Assembly (NCBI GenBank): GCA_963830715.1
Contig: CAWHNS010000015.1
Coordinates: 3,023 to 67,022 of the forward strand
DNA length: 64,000 bases
Direction of reading: 5' to 3'
From: an uncultured delta proteobacterium
Lineage (GTDB): Bacteria > Desulfobacterota > Binatia > Binatales > Binataceae
The translations under genes were made by a program, and so were the position numbers. The notes under the pieces are model-generated. The model saw only the letters and a list, made by a program, of their open reading frames with translations. It did not search any database and was not told where the DNA came from. Of this stretch, positions 53,202 through 64,000 are shown one piece after another. How positions within the stretch are numbered: position 1 is the first letter of the stretch; every line of letters begins with the position of its first letter.

Positions 53202-54617
53202 ATGGCGGCTATCGAAAATCCGCGTGGACCGGCGTCACTGATAGAGGCTGTCGAGACCGGTCGGCGCCCGGCCGCGATGCGCCGGCTCCGGACGATCGTA
53301 CTCGTGATGGCGGTGATCCCGCTGGGGCTCGCGATGACGCTCGCGATCGCCGGCTCGATCGGACGCAGCTCAAGGGGCGGGGCAATGGCGATCGCTCTCG
53401 GCCCGATCGGCTTCGCGCTCGTCGCGCTGCTGCGCGCGGGCACGAAAGGGACCGCCGACGGCGGGGCCCACCGTCGCGCCGCCAATCCCGGCGCACCGTG
53501 GGCGCAGCGCACGGACTGGGCCGCGGGCCGTTTGTCGTCCGGGGCCGGACGGCGCGCGATGATCGCCTGGGCTTTCGCGATCTTCTGGAGCGCGCTTAGT
53601 TTGCCGGCGCTGTTCGCCGTGCCGCATGCGATCGCAGGGAAGGGCATGACCCAGCTCTGGCCGCTGATATTTCCCGCCGCGGGAGTGGCACTGCTCTGGT
53701 GGGCCGCGCGGCGCACGCTGCAATGGCGGATCTACGGAGAGTCGCACTTCATTATGCCGTCGGTTCCGGGCCAGATCGGAGGCTCCCTCGAAGGTACTCT
53801 GCAAATCGACCGTCCGCCGCCTGCCGGCCAGTCGGTCAGCTTGCGCCTTACCTGCGTCAGCCGTGAGACGAGCGGTGATTCGACCAGCGATCGGATCGTG
53901 TGGAACGACGACCAGAGGGTGATCAACGACGGGAGCGGTGCAATTCCGATCGCTTTCTACATTCCGGCGGAGTGTCAGCCGACCGACAATTCGAATCCGC
54001 GCGCCCGGATCATATGGCGGCTGTACGCGAGCGCGCCCGGCGCCGGCCTGCCGTATGATGCTCGGTTCGAAGTTCCGGTCTTCAAGGTCAACGAGACGGC
54101 ATCACAGGTCGCAGAGGCTGCGGAAGTCCGCGCCCGGCGCGATACTCTGATCCAGACCGCGCAGCTGCCGGCAGCGACGACCTTCCGAATCGCGCCGAGC
54201 GCCGAGGGCGGGACCGAAGTCTACTTCCCCGCCTTGCGGAACCCCGGACCGGCCCTGGTCGTGGCCGCGTTCCTGGCAGGATGGACCCTGATCATGGCGA
54301 TTCTGCTGCATGCTCACGCGCCCGCGATCTTCCCGATAGTCTGGGCGCTATTCGACGGCATCCTGTCCATCTGGGCCGTCAGCCTCTGGCTCGGCACGAC
54401 CCGAGTGCTGGTTGGGGCGGGACGAATCAAGGTCTGCAAAGGGCTGCTGGGCGTGCAACTGTTCGTAACCGAGCTCGCCGCCGGCGAGATCAACCGGATC
54501 AGCGCCGCAGCCGGAATGACCATGGGCAATATCGCCTACAATCGGACTCAGATTCGCTATGGGGGAGATAAGACCCTTTCGTTTGGCGACGGAATCCGCA
54601 GCCGGATCGAAGCGTAG
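53202..54617 (+). CDS. Hypothetical multi-pass membrane protein
   Basis: 471-aa ORF with paired TM hairpins; frame continues for 19 codons past the TAG. Confidence 0.7.
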   Translation: MAAIENPRGPASLIEAVETGRRPAAMRRLRTIVLVMAVIPLGLAMTLAIAGSIGRSSRGGAMAIALGPIGFALVALLRAGTKGTADGGAHRRAANPGAPWAQRTDWAAGRLSSGAGRRAMIAWAFAIFWSALSLPALFAVPHAIAGKGMTQLWPLIFPAAGVALLWWAARRTLQWRIYGESHFIMPSVPGQIGGSLEGTLQIDRPPPAGQSVSLRLTCVSRETSGDSTSDRIVWNDDQRVINDGSGAIPIAFYIPAECQPTDNSNPRARIIWRLYASAPGAGLPYDARFEVPVFKVNETASQVAEAAEVRARRDTLIQTAQLPAATTFRIAPSAEGGTEVYFPALRNPGPALVVAAFLAGWTLIMAILLHAHAPAIFPIVWALFDGILSIWAVSLWLGTTRVLVGAGRIKVCKGLLGVQLFVTELAAGEINRISAAAGMTMGNIAYNRTQIRYGGDKTLSFGDGIRSRIEA

Positions 54618-54786
54618 TGGCTTGCCGGCGAGATCTCACGCCTCCTCGGAGTCGGTCCATCACCCGAGCAGGCATAGGGATTCGCCTCAGCGCATAGTCG
54701 CGCCCGTATCGTCGCAGACCTCCCGCGTCGAGCCGATAGTTGAGCGGTGCCGGGGTGCGAGCCTAAGCTCCATTCTGGGCGTCGCC

Positions 54787-56065
54787 ATGGACGAAATTGA
54801 GATAGCGCCGATCGTTCGGCCGATAGACGTTACTGTCCGCGTCCCCGGCTCCAAGAGCATCACCAACCGGGCGCTGCTCCTGGCGGCGATGGCCGAGGGG
54901 CGATCCACGATTCAGTCCGCGCTCTTCAGCGACGACACGCGCCATATGATCGCCGCGCTACGCGCGCTCGGCTTCCAAGTCGGGACCGACGAAGCGAATC
55001 GGCGGATCGAGATCGAGGGACGCGGCGGTATCATTCCGGCTTCGAGCGCCGAGCTCTTCGTCGGCAACGCCGGCACCGCGATGCGCTTTCTTCTGGGCTT
55101 CCTCACCCTGGGGCGCGGACGCTTCAGACTCGACGGCAACGCCCGGATGCGCGAGCGTCCGATCGGCGATCTGATCGACGCGCTCGGCAGTCTCGGCGTG
55201 CGCGCCTGGAGCGAGCTTAACAACCGATGCCCACCGGTGGTGATCGAGCCGTCCGATCGCGCGGAGGGCGGCACCGCCACGATCGACGCGAGCCTGTCCT
55301 CGCAGTTCGTATCCGCACTGCTGATGCCGGCGCCGCTATGGAAAAAAGGCCTGCGGCTCGCTGTAACCGGTGCCGCCGCCCGGCCGTTTGTCGAGATGAC
55401 CCGCGCGCTGATGCGGCTTTGGGGCGCTACGAGCGCGATCAAAGGGGACGAAATCGTCATCGCGGGCGGGCAGCGCTATCGAGCGCGTGATTTCGCGGTT
55501 CGAGCCCGACGCGTCGAGCGCGAGCTACTTCGCGGCGGCCGCGGCGCTGGTCGGCGGAGTGGTGCGAATCGGCGGCCTCACCCCGGATTCCGTGCAGGGC
55601 GACGTGGGCTTCCTCAAGGTGCTGGAGCAAATGGGCGCGCGCCTCACCTGGACCGGCGACGGCGTAGAGGTCCGCGGCTACGGGCGTCTTGCCGGCGTCA
55701 ACATCGACATGGCCTCGATGCCAGACATGGTGGCTACGCTGGCAGCGATCGCGCCCTTCGCGTCATCTCCGACGCGAATCCGGAACGTCGCGTTCATTCG
55801 CCATCACGAGAGCGATCGGCTGAGCGCGATCGCGACCGAGCTAGGGCGCCTCGGCGCCAAGGCTCGCGAGCTCGACGACGGGATCGCGATTGAACCGTCC
55901 CCGTCGGTGCTTCATCCCACGGTGATCGAGACCTACGACGACCATCGCATCGCGATGAGCTTCGCGGTGCTGGGACTCAAGCTCAAGGGCGTGCGAATCA
56001 GGAATCCGGGATGCGTATCCAAGACGTTCCCGGAATTCTTCGATCGGTTGGCGGCGCTCAAGTGA
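54787..56065 (+). CDS. aroA: EPSP synthase, frameshift near 55500
   Basis: PGSKSITNR, GNAGTAMRF, SSQFVSALL, HESDR, DDHRIAM, KTFPEF. Confidence 0.95.
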
Positions 56066-56193
56066 CACCGCCGCACGAGATCGGCCCCGTCGATCTCGGC
56101 TACGCGACAGGCGCGAGCTCGTGGTCCCGGCAAGCAGGACCGGCCGGACGCCGGTCCCTGCCTGAAGAATCGCGCGTCTGCGCGCGACCGGAA

Positions 56194-56370
56194 CTACAGG
56201 TCGGCGATCACGTTGGTGAGCAGCGAGCCGATGCTGTTGCCGAGCGACTCGTAGGTCAGGAAAGCCACAACTGCCACGGCCGACAGAATCAGCGCGTACT
56301 CGGTCATCGCCTGGCCCTTGCGCTCGGTGATACGGACGTAGGTCTTTGTGAAAAACGCCATGATTTCCAT
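56194..56370 (-). CDS. Flp family type IVb pilin
   Basis: KGQAMTEYALIL prepilin motif followed by a hydrophobic helix, 58 aa. Confidence 0.88.
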   Translation of the reverse strand: MEIMAFFTKTYVRITERKGQAMTEYALILSAVAVVAFLTYESLGNSIGSLLTNVIADL

Positions 56371-56638
56371 CCTATGTTGACCGCCCCTTTTGAGAGGTGG
56401 CGTAGTCTTGCGCGAAATCGCGCAGAGAGACGGTAGAGCACACCGTGTGCCATCGATGAGGCCAGCGCGCAAAATGCCTCCTTTGCAGCCAAGACGCGTC
56501 AGCTGTCCGCAAAGCTGATCGAGTTGTTGCAGGGACGCGCGCAAATGCGGTGGCGCCGCTGCAACATCCTCTCTCACTCAGGGCGCGCTCGCTTCGCTTC
56601 GCGCGCCCATGATCGCCGTGCCTCCCGGACCCGCGGAG

Positions 56639-59125
56639 TCAGATTCCCTTGGGCGTGGCGCGCGGCGTCGGAGTCCTTCTCGGTGTTGCTGTCGGGCTCG
56701 CAGCCTTTTTCGGAGTAGGAGTCGGCTTGGGCTTCGGGGTCGGAGTGGGGGTTGGCGTTGGCGATGGGGTTGGGGATGAATTCGCTCCCGGCGGCGGGTC
56801 TGACGGGCTCAACACCGCGACGAAGGCGGAATAGGGTCCAGGCTTGGTAGCGATGAACGCATCGGAAGTTACAGGAAAGTTGGCTGACACCGTGTTTCCG
56901 GCAACATAAACGAGCTGTTGCGAATCGACCGCTATCCCGCTGCCCGCATCGTCGCCGCTGCCTCCCAGGTAACTGGAGAAGACCAGCGACGCCGCCCCGC
57001 TCATGCTCGCGTCCAGCACGCTGACGAACGCATCGTCAGCGCCTGCATTGGCTGACTGGAGGAAATTCGAGGCGATCGGGAAATTTCTCGAGAAGGTGAA
57101 TCCTGTCACATAAGCGAGACCCTGCGAATCAACCGCGATTCCCCTCCCTTCGCCATCGACGCCGTCAACGCCGCTGCCGCCGAGGAATGTCGAGTACACG
57201 AGCGAGGCGCTTCCCGTCTGAGTCGGATCGATGACGCTGACGAACGGCGTGATCAAGGCCTTGCTCATGGTCTGAAACGCATTCGAGGTGACCGGGAAGT
57301 CGGCCGATCTGGCAAACCCCGTGACATAAGCGCGGTTCTGTGAATCGACCGCGATACCGGCGCCGGAATCGACGAAGCTCCCGCCGAGGTGCGTGGAATA
57401 CGCGAGCTGGCTCGCTCCGGTATTGGCGGGATTGATGATCGTGACGAATCCCGTGATCGCGAAGAGATCCGGCGGGCTGGGCTCGAATGCGTTGGACGTG
57501 CTCGGAAAGTCGTCCGAGGCGGTGTCGCCCGTCACGTACACCTCGCCCGAGGAATTAACCCCCACGCCGTTGCCGTCCTCGCCGCCGCTCCCGCCCAGAT
57601 AGCTCGAGTAGACCAGCGATGCGGCTCCGCTCAACGCTGGATTGAGGATGCTGACGAACGCGTTGGGGATTCCGGTCGGCGCGGCCTTGAGCGGCTCGAA
57701 GACCCTGGCCGTGACCGGGAAGTTGCACGAGTTGGCATCGCCGGTGACGTAGGCGAGGCCGTTCGAGTCGACTGCGATTGCGCTGACGTAGTCAACGCCA
57801 TTGCCACCGAGATACGAGGAGTAGATCAACTGCGCCGTTCCGGTCTGGGTCGGGTCGAGCACCGTGACGAACCCCGATGATGCTCCCAATACCGTGGGCC
57901 CGCTGAACTTCTGGAAGGCATTTGCGGTGACCGGAAAATTGAGCGACGGCGTGAATCCGCCGACGTAGATTTGACCTTGCGCGTTGACCGCGATGCCGCA
58001 TCCGGCGTCGCCCACTGCCGCCGGACAATATCGGCAGATGCCATCGCCGCCGAGGTACGTCGAGTAGAGCAGTTGTCCATTCGGGTCGAGCTCGGTCACG
58101 AACGCGTTGCTGAATCCGGCCGCCGATTTCCTGGCGGTCTGGAAGGCGCCGCTGGTGGTCGGAAAGTCGGCTGACGGGGTCGAGCCGGTTATGTAGATAT
58201 TGCTGGATGAATCCACCGCGATCGCATTGGCCAGGCCGGCGCTACCGCCCAGAAAGGTCGAATGGACCAGTTGCGGATCGATCACCAGCGCCCGGTTCCG
58301 ATCGTAAGCGCCAAGCGCGATACTTACGGTTCGCATCGAGGCGGAGCTGCCGCCCATTGCGGGCGAGAGCACGTAGCGGCCAGCCGACCGGCCTGCTCGC
58401 GCCGCCTTCCTCCTGGTACACGCGCGGAGTCTTGAGCTTGACTTCGATTCCGCCGGTGAGCAGGACCAGGTCCCCGGACGTATCGAGGCGCGCATCGTCC
58501 GCGCCCTCGATCCCGAGGCGAATCGCGCCGGGATTGGCGCCCGGCGATGCGACCAGGTCGTACTCCAGGGACTGCTGGCTGCCGTAGTACACGAGGTCGA
58601 TGCCGGGATAGATGGCGGCGTACTTTACGCGCGCATAGGCGGGAACGCCGGTGCGCCAGCGCGCGGAATCGTTGCCGACGAAGTAGTTAACGCGCGCGCG
58701 CAGGCGATCGATTCCCGCGCTTTGCGGGTCGCGGGTCGCGCCCAGGATCGCATCCGCAGCACCGCGGATTTGTCGCCGCCCGGCGCGCCGATTACGCGCG
58801 CAAGTGACGCGAGCTCGGGCCGGGCGCTTCGCCCATCCGGCTTGCGATCGTGAAGCGCAAGCACGGTCTCGTCGCCGGTCAGAAAAATCGTGTAGCCCGG
58901 CCCGCGAGAGAGGAAGCGGACGCGCTGGTCGGTCTGGCCGACGTTCGCCTCGAAGCTAAGCGGCAGGGCCGCAAACGCCTCGAGATTCCGGGCGCGCGAA
59001 TTGCGGGATTGAATCGAGTGGATGGAGGCGCGCCGATGCGGCCGAGTCGCGAAGGCGCCAGCTCCTGCTGCCGTCGCAATTGCGAGAATTGAGCTCAGGA
59101 CGCGAAGCGAAAGCCGCGAACGCAT
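56639..59125 (-). CDS. Secreted SBBP beta-propeller repeat protein with Pro/Thr tail, frameshifted
   Basis: FEANVGQTD, YSSYLGG and GxTxSxDFPxT repeats, C-terminal (PT)n. Confidence 0.87.
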
Positions 59126-59225
59126 AGGCACCTCTCCGATCGTTTCGACGGAGGCTATCGCGCCAACGGAGATGAAGGCAAACCGGTTTTGTCGCCTAAG
59201 CGGCAGCCGCCCAAAGATCGGCCCG

Positions 59226-59609
59226 CTAGCGGAGCCGCCTGGGGCGCCGGATCCGGCCGAGAGGCCCGAACACGCTTTTTACTTCGCCGGGTTCGCGCTG
59301 CCCGCGATGGACCAGCAGAAAGAGCACAAAGGCTATCGAAGCGGGGACGACGGCGCTCATCACAGCCGGAAACGCACTGTCCGACGTCATCATCCCGGTA
59401 GATACCAGGTGGCGCAACCGGTGTGTGACGAAGTAGCCGAGATCCTGGAAGTCATCGGGAAAGTAGGAGTACCAGGTCAGCGGCATGCTTATTCCGACCA
59501 CGGAGGAGAACAGGCCTTCGGCCAGCGCGCGACGCTCATAGCGGACCAGTATGCGGCCGCCTGCCACCATCACAACCGCGATCACCACTGAGATCAGCGC
59601 GTTCTGCAT
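59226..59609 (-). CDS. Hypothetical membrane protein
   Basis: Three hydrophobic segments; family not recognised. Confidence 0.45.
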   Translation of the reverse strand: MQNALISVVIAVVMVAGGRILVRYERRALAEGLFSSVVGISMPLTWYSYFPDDFQDLGYFVTHRLRHLVSTGMMTSDSAFPAVMSAVVPASIAFVLFLLVHRGQREPGEVKSVFGPLGRIRRPRRLR

Positions 59610-59804
59610 AGCGTAATTCCCGGGGTCTAGAACACTTTGTAGGGATACTATGCCAATTCGTTCACATTCAGGCAAGAGGCGCGGGGCGGATTGACGAAGC
59701 CGGCGTCCCCTGCCCCGGGCGTGCGCCGGCGATTGTCAGCCGGCCCTCGACCAAGCTAGATTGCACGCGCGGAACTCGTTTATCCGGGCGCGGGGAGATT
59801 CGCG

Positions 59805-59981
59805 ATGAATCCATCGGGAAATGCGGAAATGCGCTGCTCGTTCTGCGGCAAGGACAAGGACCAGGTGACCTACCTGATCGCCGGCCCTGCGGTTTTCATC
59901 TGCGGCGAATGCGTCAACGTCTGCGTGGAAATCATCAACCAGGCCAGGGTGGCGGGCAGCTCGGGCGATCCCGCGCAGTAA
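59805..59981 (+). CDS. Stand-alone ClpX C4-type zinc-finger protein (58 aa, absent from the ORF track)
   Basis: [35 protein letters not shown]; GGAG RBS; TAA at 59979-59981. Confidence 0.85.
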   Translation: MNPSGNAEMRCSFCGKDKDQVTYLIAGPAVFICGECVNVCVEIINQARVAGSSGDPAQ

Positions 59982-60022
59982 GGGCGGGCTGCGAGGCCGC
60001 CGCGTGAAACCGGAACCTTCCG

Positions 60023-60675
60023 ATGAGCGCCGGGTGCGAAGCATTCGACAGGCTGTTCGGCGAATTGCAGAACCGCGCAATCCTGCTCGAGGCCGACGCG
60101 GTCCTGCCGAGCGTTGCCCGGATGGTGATCGGCGGACCCTACAAGGGCTCCTGGTGGGCGCACCCGCAATCCAACCGGATCTACATGCTGTCCAAGGACT
60201 CGAACACCATCGGGACGTGCTGTACGTCAAACTCCTGTCGGGAAAAATGACCCATGTGCATCGCCGGATATGGTCCGAGCTCTATGCGATCGCGACCGCG
60301 CGCGAGCCTTGGCAGTTCGAAGGAATCCCCGAATCAGCCAGAGAGCTGTTCGCGGCGGTGACAAATGGCGGGCGGGTGAGGACCGACCAGATGCTCGGTC
60401 GCGGCAGCCGCAGGAGCCTCGGCAGCGATGCGCGATCGCTGGAGGCAAGGCTGCTCGTCTTCAGTGAAGATATCCACACCGACAGCGGCGCTCACGCCAA
60501 GGCGATCGAATCGTGGGAGCATTGGGCCGGGCGGATTGGTTTCTCGCCGTCCCGCGTTTCCGCCACGTCGGCTCGCGAACGGCTCGATCGGATCGCGCAG
60601 GAGTTGAGCGCGCAGCACGGTGGCCGGTCGTTCATGCCCTGGAATGGGCATCGAGCGCGATCGCGCCGTCGCTGA
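60023..60675 (+). CDS. Winged-helix protein distantly resembling AlkZ/YcaQ, frameshift near 60200
   Basis: LPSV...GSWWAHP + KLLSGKMTHVHRRIW...HTDSGAH. Confidence 0.55.
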
Positions 60676-60689
60676 GCCCCGCACCTCGA

Positions 60690-60930
60690 TGATGCCCGAA
60701 GCCCCGGCTTCGGGCAGCCCCTCTTAGCGCCTCGGGTCTTATCGTTATCCGGCACGGACGCCGGTCCTGCCGCATCAGGTCTTCGCGGATGGAGCGCCGG
60801 AAGGGGTTTCTCGCCCAGCGGCGCCCCACCCTTTTTTGGCAGGAGGGCTTGTCCCTCACCACTCAGGCGTTCAGTCGCGATGAACAATCCGTTCATCGGC
60901 GCACTCTGCTCGCCCCGTTTAGGGTTTCAG
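60690..60930 (-). ncRNA. Candidate structured non-coding RNA (family unassigned)
   Basis: At least six nested or adjacent helices; three G-U pairs are valid only on the minus strand. Confidence 0.5.
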
Positions 60931-61021
60931 CGGCGGCTCGCCAAAGCCTGCCGGGCGTGAGGAACGGTTCGCCGCTCCGCCCGGAATGGCATCTCAAGGG
61001 GAGCGCGGACTGCGGCCGTGG

Positions 61022-61448
61022 CTAGAACTGGACGGTGGCGGTGCCGATCACGAGGCGTTCGGCGTCCTCGTTTTCCATCCAGACGTCGAGTCTCGGCGGT
61101 CGCTCGGCGCTCTTGGTATGGGTGACGAAGCCCTGCGATCGTCAGCGTGTGATCGGGAATGCACGGGCTGGCGATAGGTGGTGCCGATCCGGATAAGACG
61201 TGCGCCGCAAGTGCCGAGCCAGTCCGTGACGAGCCGGGTGAGCAGGCCGAGGCTCATGTTGCCGGGCAGGATCATCCCGGGCAGGCCCTCCTTGCGCGCG
61301 CCCTCGTCGTCGGTGAAGCGCGGCACGTTGAGGCCGCAGTGCCCGCGCGTACTGGCGGATCTGGTCCTTGCTGACGAACAGCTCGCACGGCCCGAGCGGG
61401 TCGCCGATGTTGAGGTCTTCGAAACGTCCTGTCGCTGTTGTCGGCCAT
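61022..61448 (-). CDS. MaoC family dehydratase, frameshifted
   Basis: RFTDDEGARKEGLPGMILPGNMSLGLL...TYRQPV. Confidence 0.75.
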
Positions 61449-61465
61449 CGACAATCAATCTCCGC

Positions 61466-61915
61466 TCAGGTGCGATGCATGAAGCGATGGTCGATGTGCG
61501 CGACCGTCTCGCCGAACTGGTTGGCGAGCGTCGAGCGGATCATCACGAACACCATCGAGCCGCTGCGCCCGGTCTTTTCGTAGATCTCCTTGACATGCGA
61601 GCTGAGCGTGATCTTGTCGCCGGGAAAGATCGGATGGACGAATTCCACGTCCTTGCCGGCGTCAAAGCCGCCGCCTGCCGAAGCGCGGGATGTGTTCATA
61701 GAAATGCCGTCCGTTGCGGAAGGTCACCGCGAACGACGGCGGCGCGCACAGGCGGCCGTGCGGTCCCTTCTTTGCCGCTTCCTCATCGGTGAAGAGCGGA
61801 TTGGTCTCGCTCGAGGGCCTCGCAGAACTTCCGGATGTCCTCGGCTGCTGACCGGAACCGGATCGGTCACGTCGAAGACCTTGCCGATGATGGCCGGATC
61901 GTATTCGACCGCCAT
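61466..61915 (-). CDS. MaoC/FAS1-like hot-dog dehydratase subunit, frameshifted
   Basis: MAVEYDPAIIGK...DAGKDVEFVHPIFPGD...YEKTGRSGSMVF...NQFGE. Confidence 0.8.
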
Positions 61916-61917
61916 CG

Positions 61918-62605
61918 CTATTTCGCCTCGACCGGAACGGCGTGCGGAATCGGACGCGGCTGCGGCCGGAAATCGACCGGTTCGTAAGCGCCGGTCTTGA
62001 GCTCGCGCACCAGATCGTCGATCGTGCGGATGTCGGCCGCGAAGCGCGTCGCGCAGAGGCCGATCAGGCTCACCATGTGGCTGTCCGAACCGCCGCGTCG
62101 CGCGATAGCCGAACTTCGCGACCAGCTCCTCGCTGCGCTCGTTCTCGCCCTTGCGCGATCCGCCGTTGAGCAACTCGACCGCGATCACGTTTTCGAAGCG
62201 GCGCGCGCCGCTCGTAATGCTCGCAGAGGCCGACGTTGGGGCGTCCCGGATGGCATGGCACGACCGACGCCGCCCATCGCGCGACCTCGTCGATCACTTC
62301 CTGCGCGGGAAGGTGGACGTTGGTGAAATCGAACCGGCGGGTGATGTCGTCGTTGACGCCGAAAACCAGCATGTGGCCGTAGTCGGTCTCGACCTCGGAG
62401 GCGCGCAGCACCAGGACGCCGTACTTGTCCTCGAGCGCGCGGTAGTCGGCCTGGCCGGTTGAACTGGCGATGCTCCGTCAGGACGATGCCGTCGACCGGG
62501 CGCTCGTCGCGGCGCAATCTTGATCCAGTTGAGGTAGGCCTCTACCGGTGCGCGGCTGTCCTCCGATGCTTCGCTGTGGCTGTGAAGGTCAAGGATCGTG
62601 CTCAA
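61918..62605 (-). CDS. PHP-domain metallohydrolase, multiple frameshifts
   Basis: LDLHSHS, LTEH, EVETDYGHMLV, CHP, ELLNG, GGSDSH. Confidence 0.78.
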
Positions 62606-62616
62606 AAGCAAGGACC

Positions 62617-63039
62617 TCACCTCGCCGGGCGAAATTTCGCGAGCGTCACCTCGGGCGGTGACATCTTCGAATACGACCTCGACGGGCATCCCTATTTTAA
62701 CCTGTTCCGGGCGGCAGTCGACAATGTTGGTGAGCATCTTGAGGCCCTCGTCGAGTTCGACATAGGCCATCACGTAGGGCAGCGATTCGCGGAATCCCGG
62801 CGCCTGGTTCTGATTGGTGACCGTGAACGTGTAGACCTTGCCGCGGCCCGACGCGCGGATCCATTCGGTGCGCGACGACAGGCATTCGGGACATAGCGCG
62901 CGCGGATAGTAGCGAGGTCGCCGCAATCGCGGCACTTCTGGAGGTACAGCTCGTGGCGCTTGAGCGCCTCCCACCAGGGACGGTTCTCTTCGTCCATATG
63001 GGGCAGCGGCTTGGTGTATTTCCTTTTTTCGTCGGCCAT
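62617..63039 (-). CDS. DUF35 Zn-ribbon/OB-fold protein, frameshifted
   Basis: LQKCRDCG...YPRALCPEC...GKVYTFT...PYVMAYVELDEG..MLTNIV. Confidence 0.88.
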
Positions 63040-63056
63040 TGGATTGGCGCTCCGCG

Positions 63057-64000
63057 CTACTGATTGGCAGAGATCAGCGTCGCGCCGGAATGGCGGGTGC
63101 CGAGCGTGCCGCCGGTGCCGTGGACCAGCGCGATCTTGCAGTCCTTGACCTGGCGCGGACCGCATTCGCCGCGCAACTGTTTGACCGCTTCGATCACCAG
63201 GAAGATCCCGCGCATCCCGGGATGGTTGGATGACAGACCGCCGCCGTCGGTGTTGAGCGGCAGGGCGCCGTCGATAGCGCAGGCGTCCGCCGGTCACGAA
63301 AGCGCCGCCCTCGCCGCGCTTGCAGAAGCCCAGATTCTCGAGCGTCGTCAGCACGGTGATCGTGAACGAGTCGTAGATCATCGCCATGTCGATGTCCTTG
63401 TGGGCGACGCCGGCGCGCTCGAAGGCCAGCCGTCCCGATTGCGCGGCGGCGATTTCGAGGAAGTCGCGCGTGCCGCGCGCGGCATGACGCACGGTCTCGC
63501 CCGCGCCAAGGATGTAGACGGGTTTCTTCTTGAGGTCGCGGGCGCGCGCGGCGGAGGTTACCACCAGCGCGCCGCCGCCGTCGCTGATGATGCAGCAGTC
63601 GAGCAGATGCAGCGGCGACGAGATGATCCGCGAGGCGAGCACGTCTTCGACCGTGATCGGGTCGCGATACTTGGCCTGCGGGTTCATCGAGGCGTGCAGC
63701 CTCATCGTCACCGCGATCTCGGCCAGCTGCTCGGAGGTGGTGCCGTACTCGTGCATGTGGCGCTGCGCGATCATCGCGTACGAGCCGACGGTCGTGACGC
63801 CGAACGGCACTTCGTATTGGTCGCAGGGGTCGGGGCTGCCGCCGAAACCGCCGGTCCCGACCGCGAAGCGCTGCGAGGCCGCGCTCGAGCCGTAGACAAT
63901 CAGCGCGACTTCGCATAGTCCCGACGCGATCGCGCCGGCGGCGTGCGCGGTATGGGCGACGAACGACGACCCGCCGATCGAGGTCGAGTCGAGATAGTTG
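63057..64000 (-). CDS. SCP2-type thiolase-like protein, 5'-truncated by window edge, frameshifted
   Basis: [34 protein letters not shown]. Confidence 0.88.

Noticed and set aside
56380-56600. c-di-GMP riboswitch upstream of the Flp pilin
   Set aside because: No GCAAA/GAAA tetraloop-receptor consensus is visible.
60690-60905. Group II intron start (GUGCG on minus strand) or M-box/ydaO riboswitch
   Set aside because: No domain V or reverse transcriptase is present, and only short fragments of the riboswitch consensus match.
4224-63300. Widespread pseudogenisation or programmed frameshifting (prmC, hisB, rarA, HU, frr, tsf, rho, aroA, hemH and others)
   Set aside because: Indels hit essential genes at scattered sites while motifs stay intact on both sides; this fits long-read consensus errors.
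1-64000. CRISPR array, tRNA or rRNA genes
   Set aside because: No regularly spaced repeats or tRNA/rRNA signatures were seen; the periodic sequences at 42900-43830 and 56640-58260 are coding propeller repeats.

Overview
GC-rich bacterial chromosomal window, mostly housekeeping genes: rpmE-prfA-prmC-murA-hisD-hisB-hisA; truA, asd-like, leuB, leuA; pssA-psd-ilvC-ilvN-tsaB-rseP-cdsA-uppS-frr-pyrH-tsf-rpsB; rho, rluD, leuCD, dinB, hemDE-hemH-hemY, aroA; and a thiolase/DUF35/PHP/MaoC cluster. The gene order resembles deltaproteobacterial-type genomes, possibly Candidatus Binatota (inference only). More than 20 genes, including essential ones, carry small frameshifts, which points to long-read indel errors rather than pseudogenes. 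The main accessory signals are: (1) a 2.64-kb IS1-family element (11748-14389) with terminal inverted repeats and a flanking direct repeat, carrying a three-gene operon (HicA, HicB with a long low-complexity tail, and a small unknown protein) that resembles toxin-antitoxin-chaperone systems but has no obvious SecB; (2) a multi-stem candidate ncRNA at about 60690-60930 whose G-U pairs work only on the minus strand; (3) a Leu-rich attenuator upstream of leuA; (4) an orphan islet ending in a solo IS1-type terminus; (5) a stand-alone ClpX zinc-finger microprotein, a HemD-HemE fusion, an Asd homologue lacking the catalytic Cys and a type II pantothenate kinase. All family assignments come from motif recognition by eye; no searches were run.
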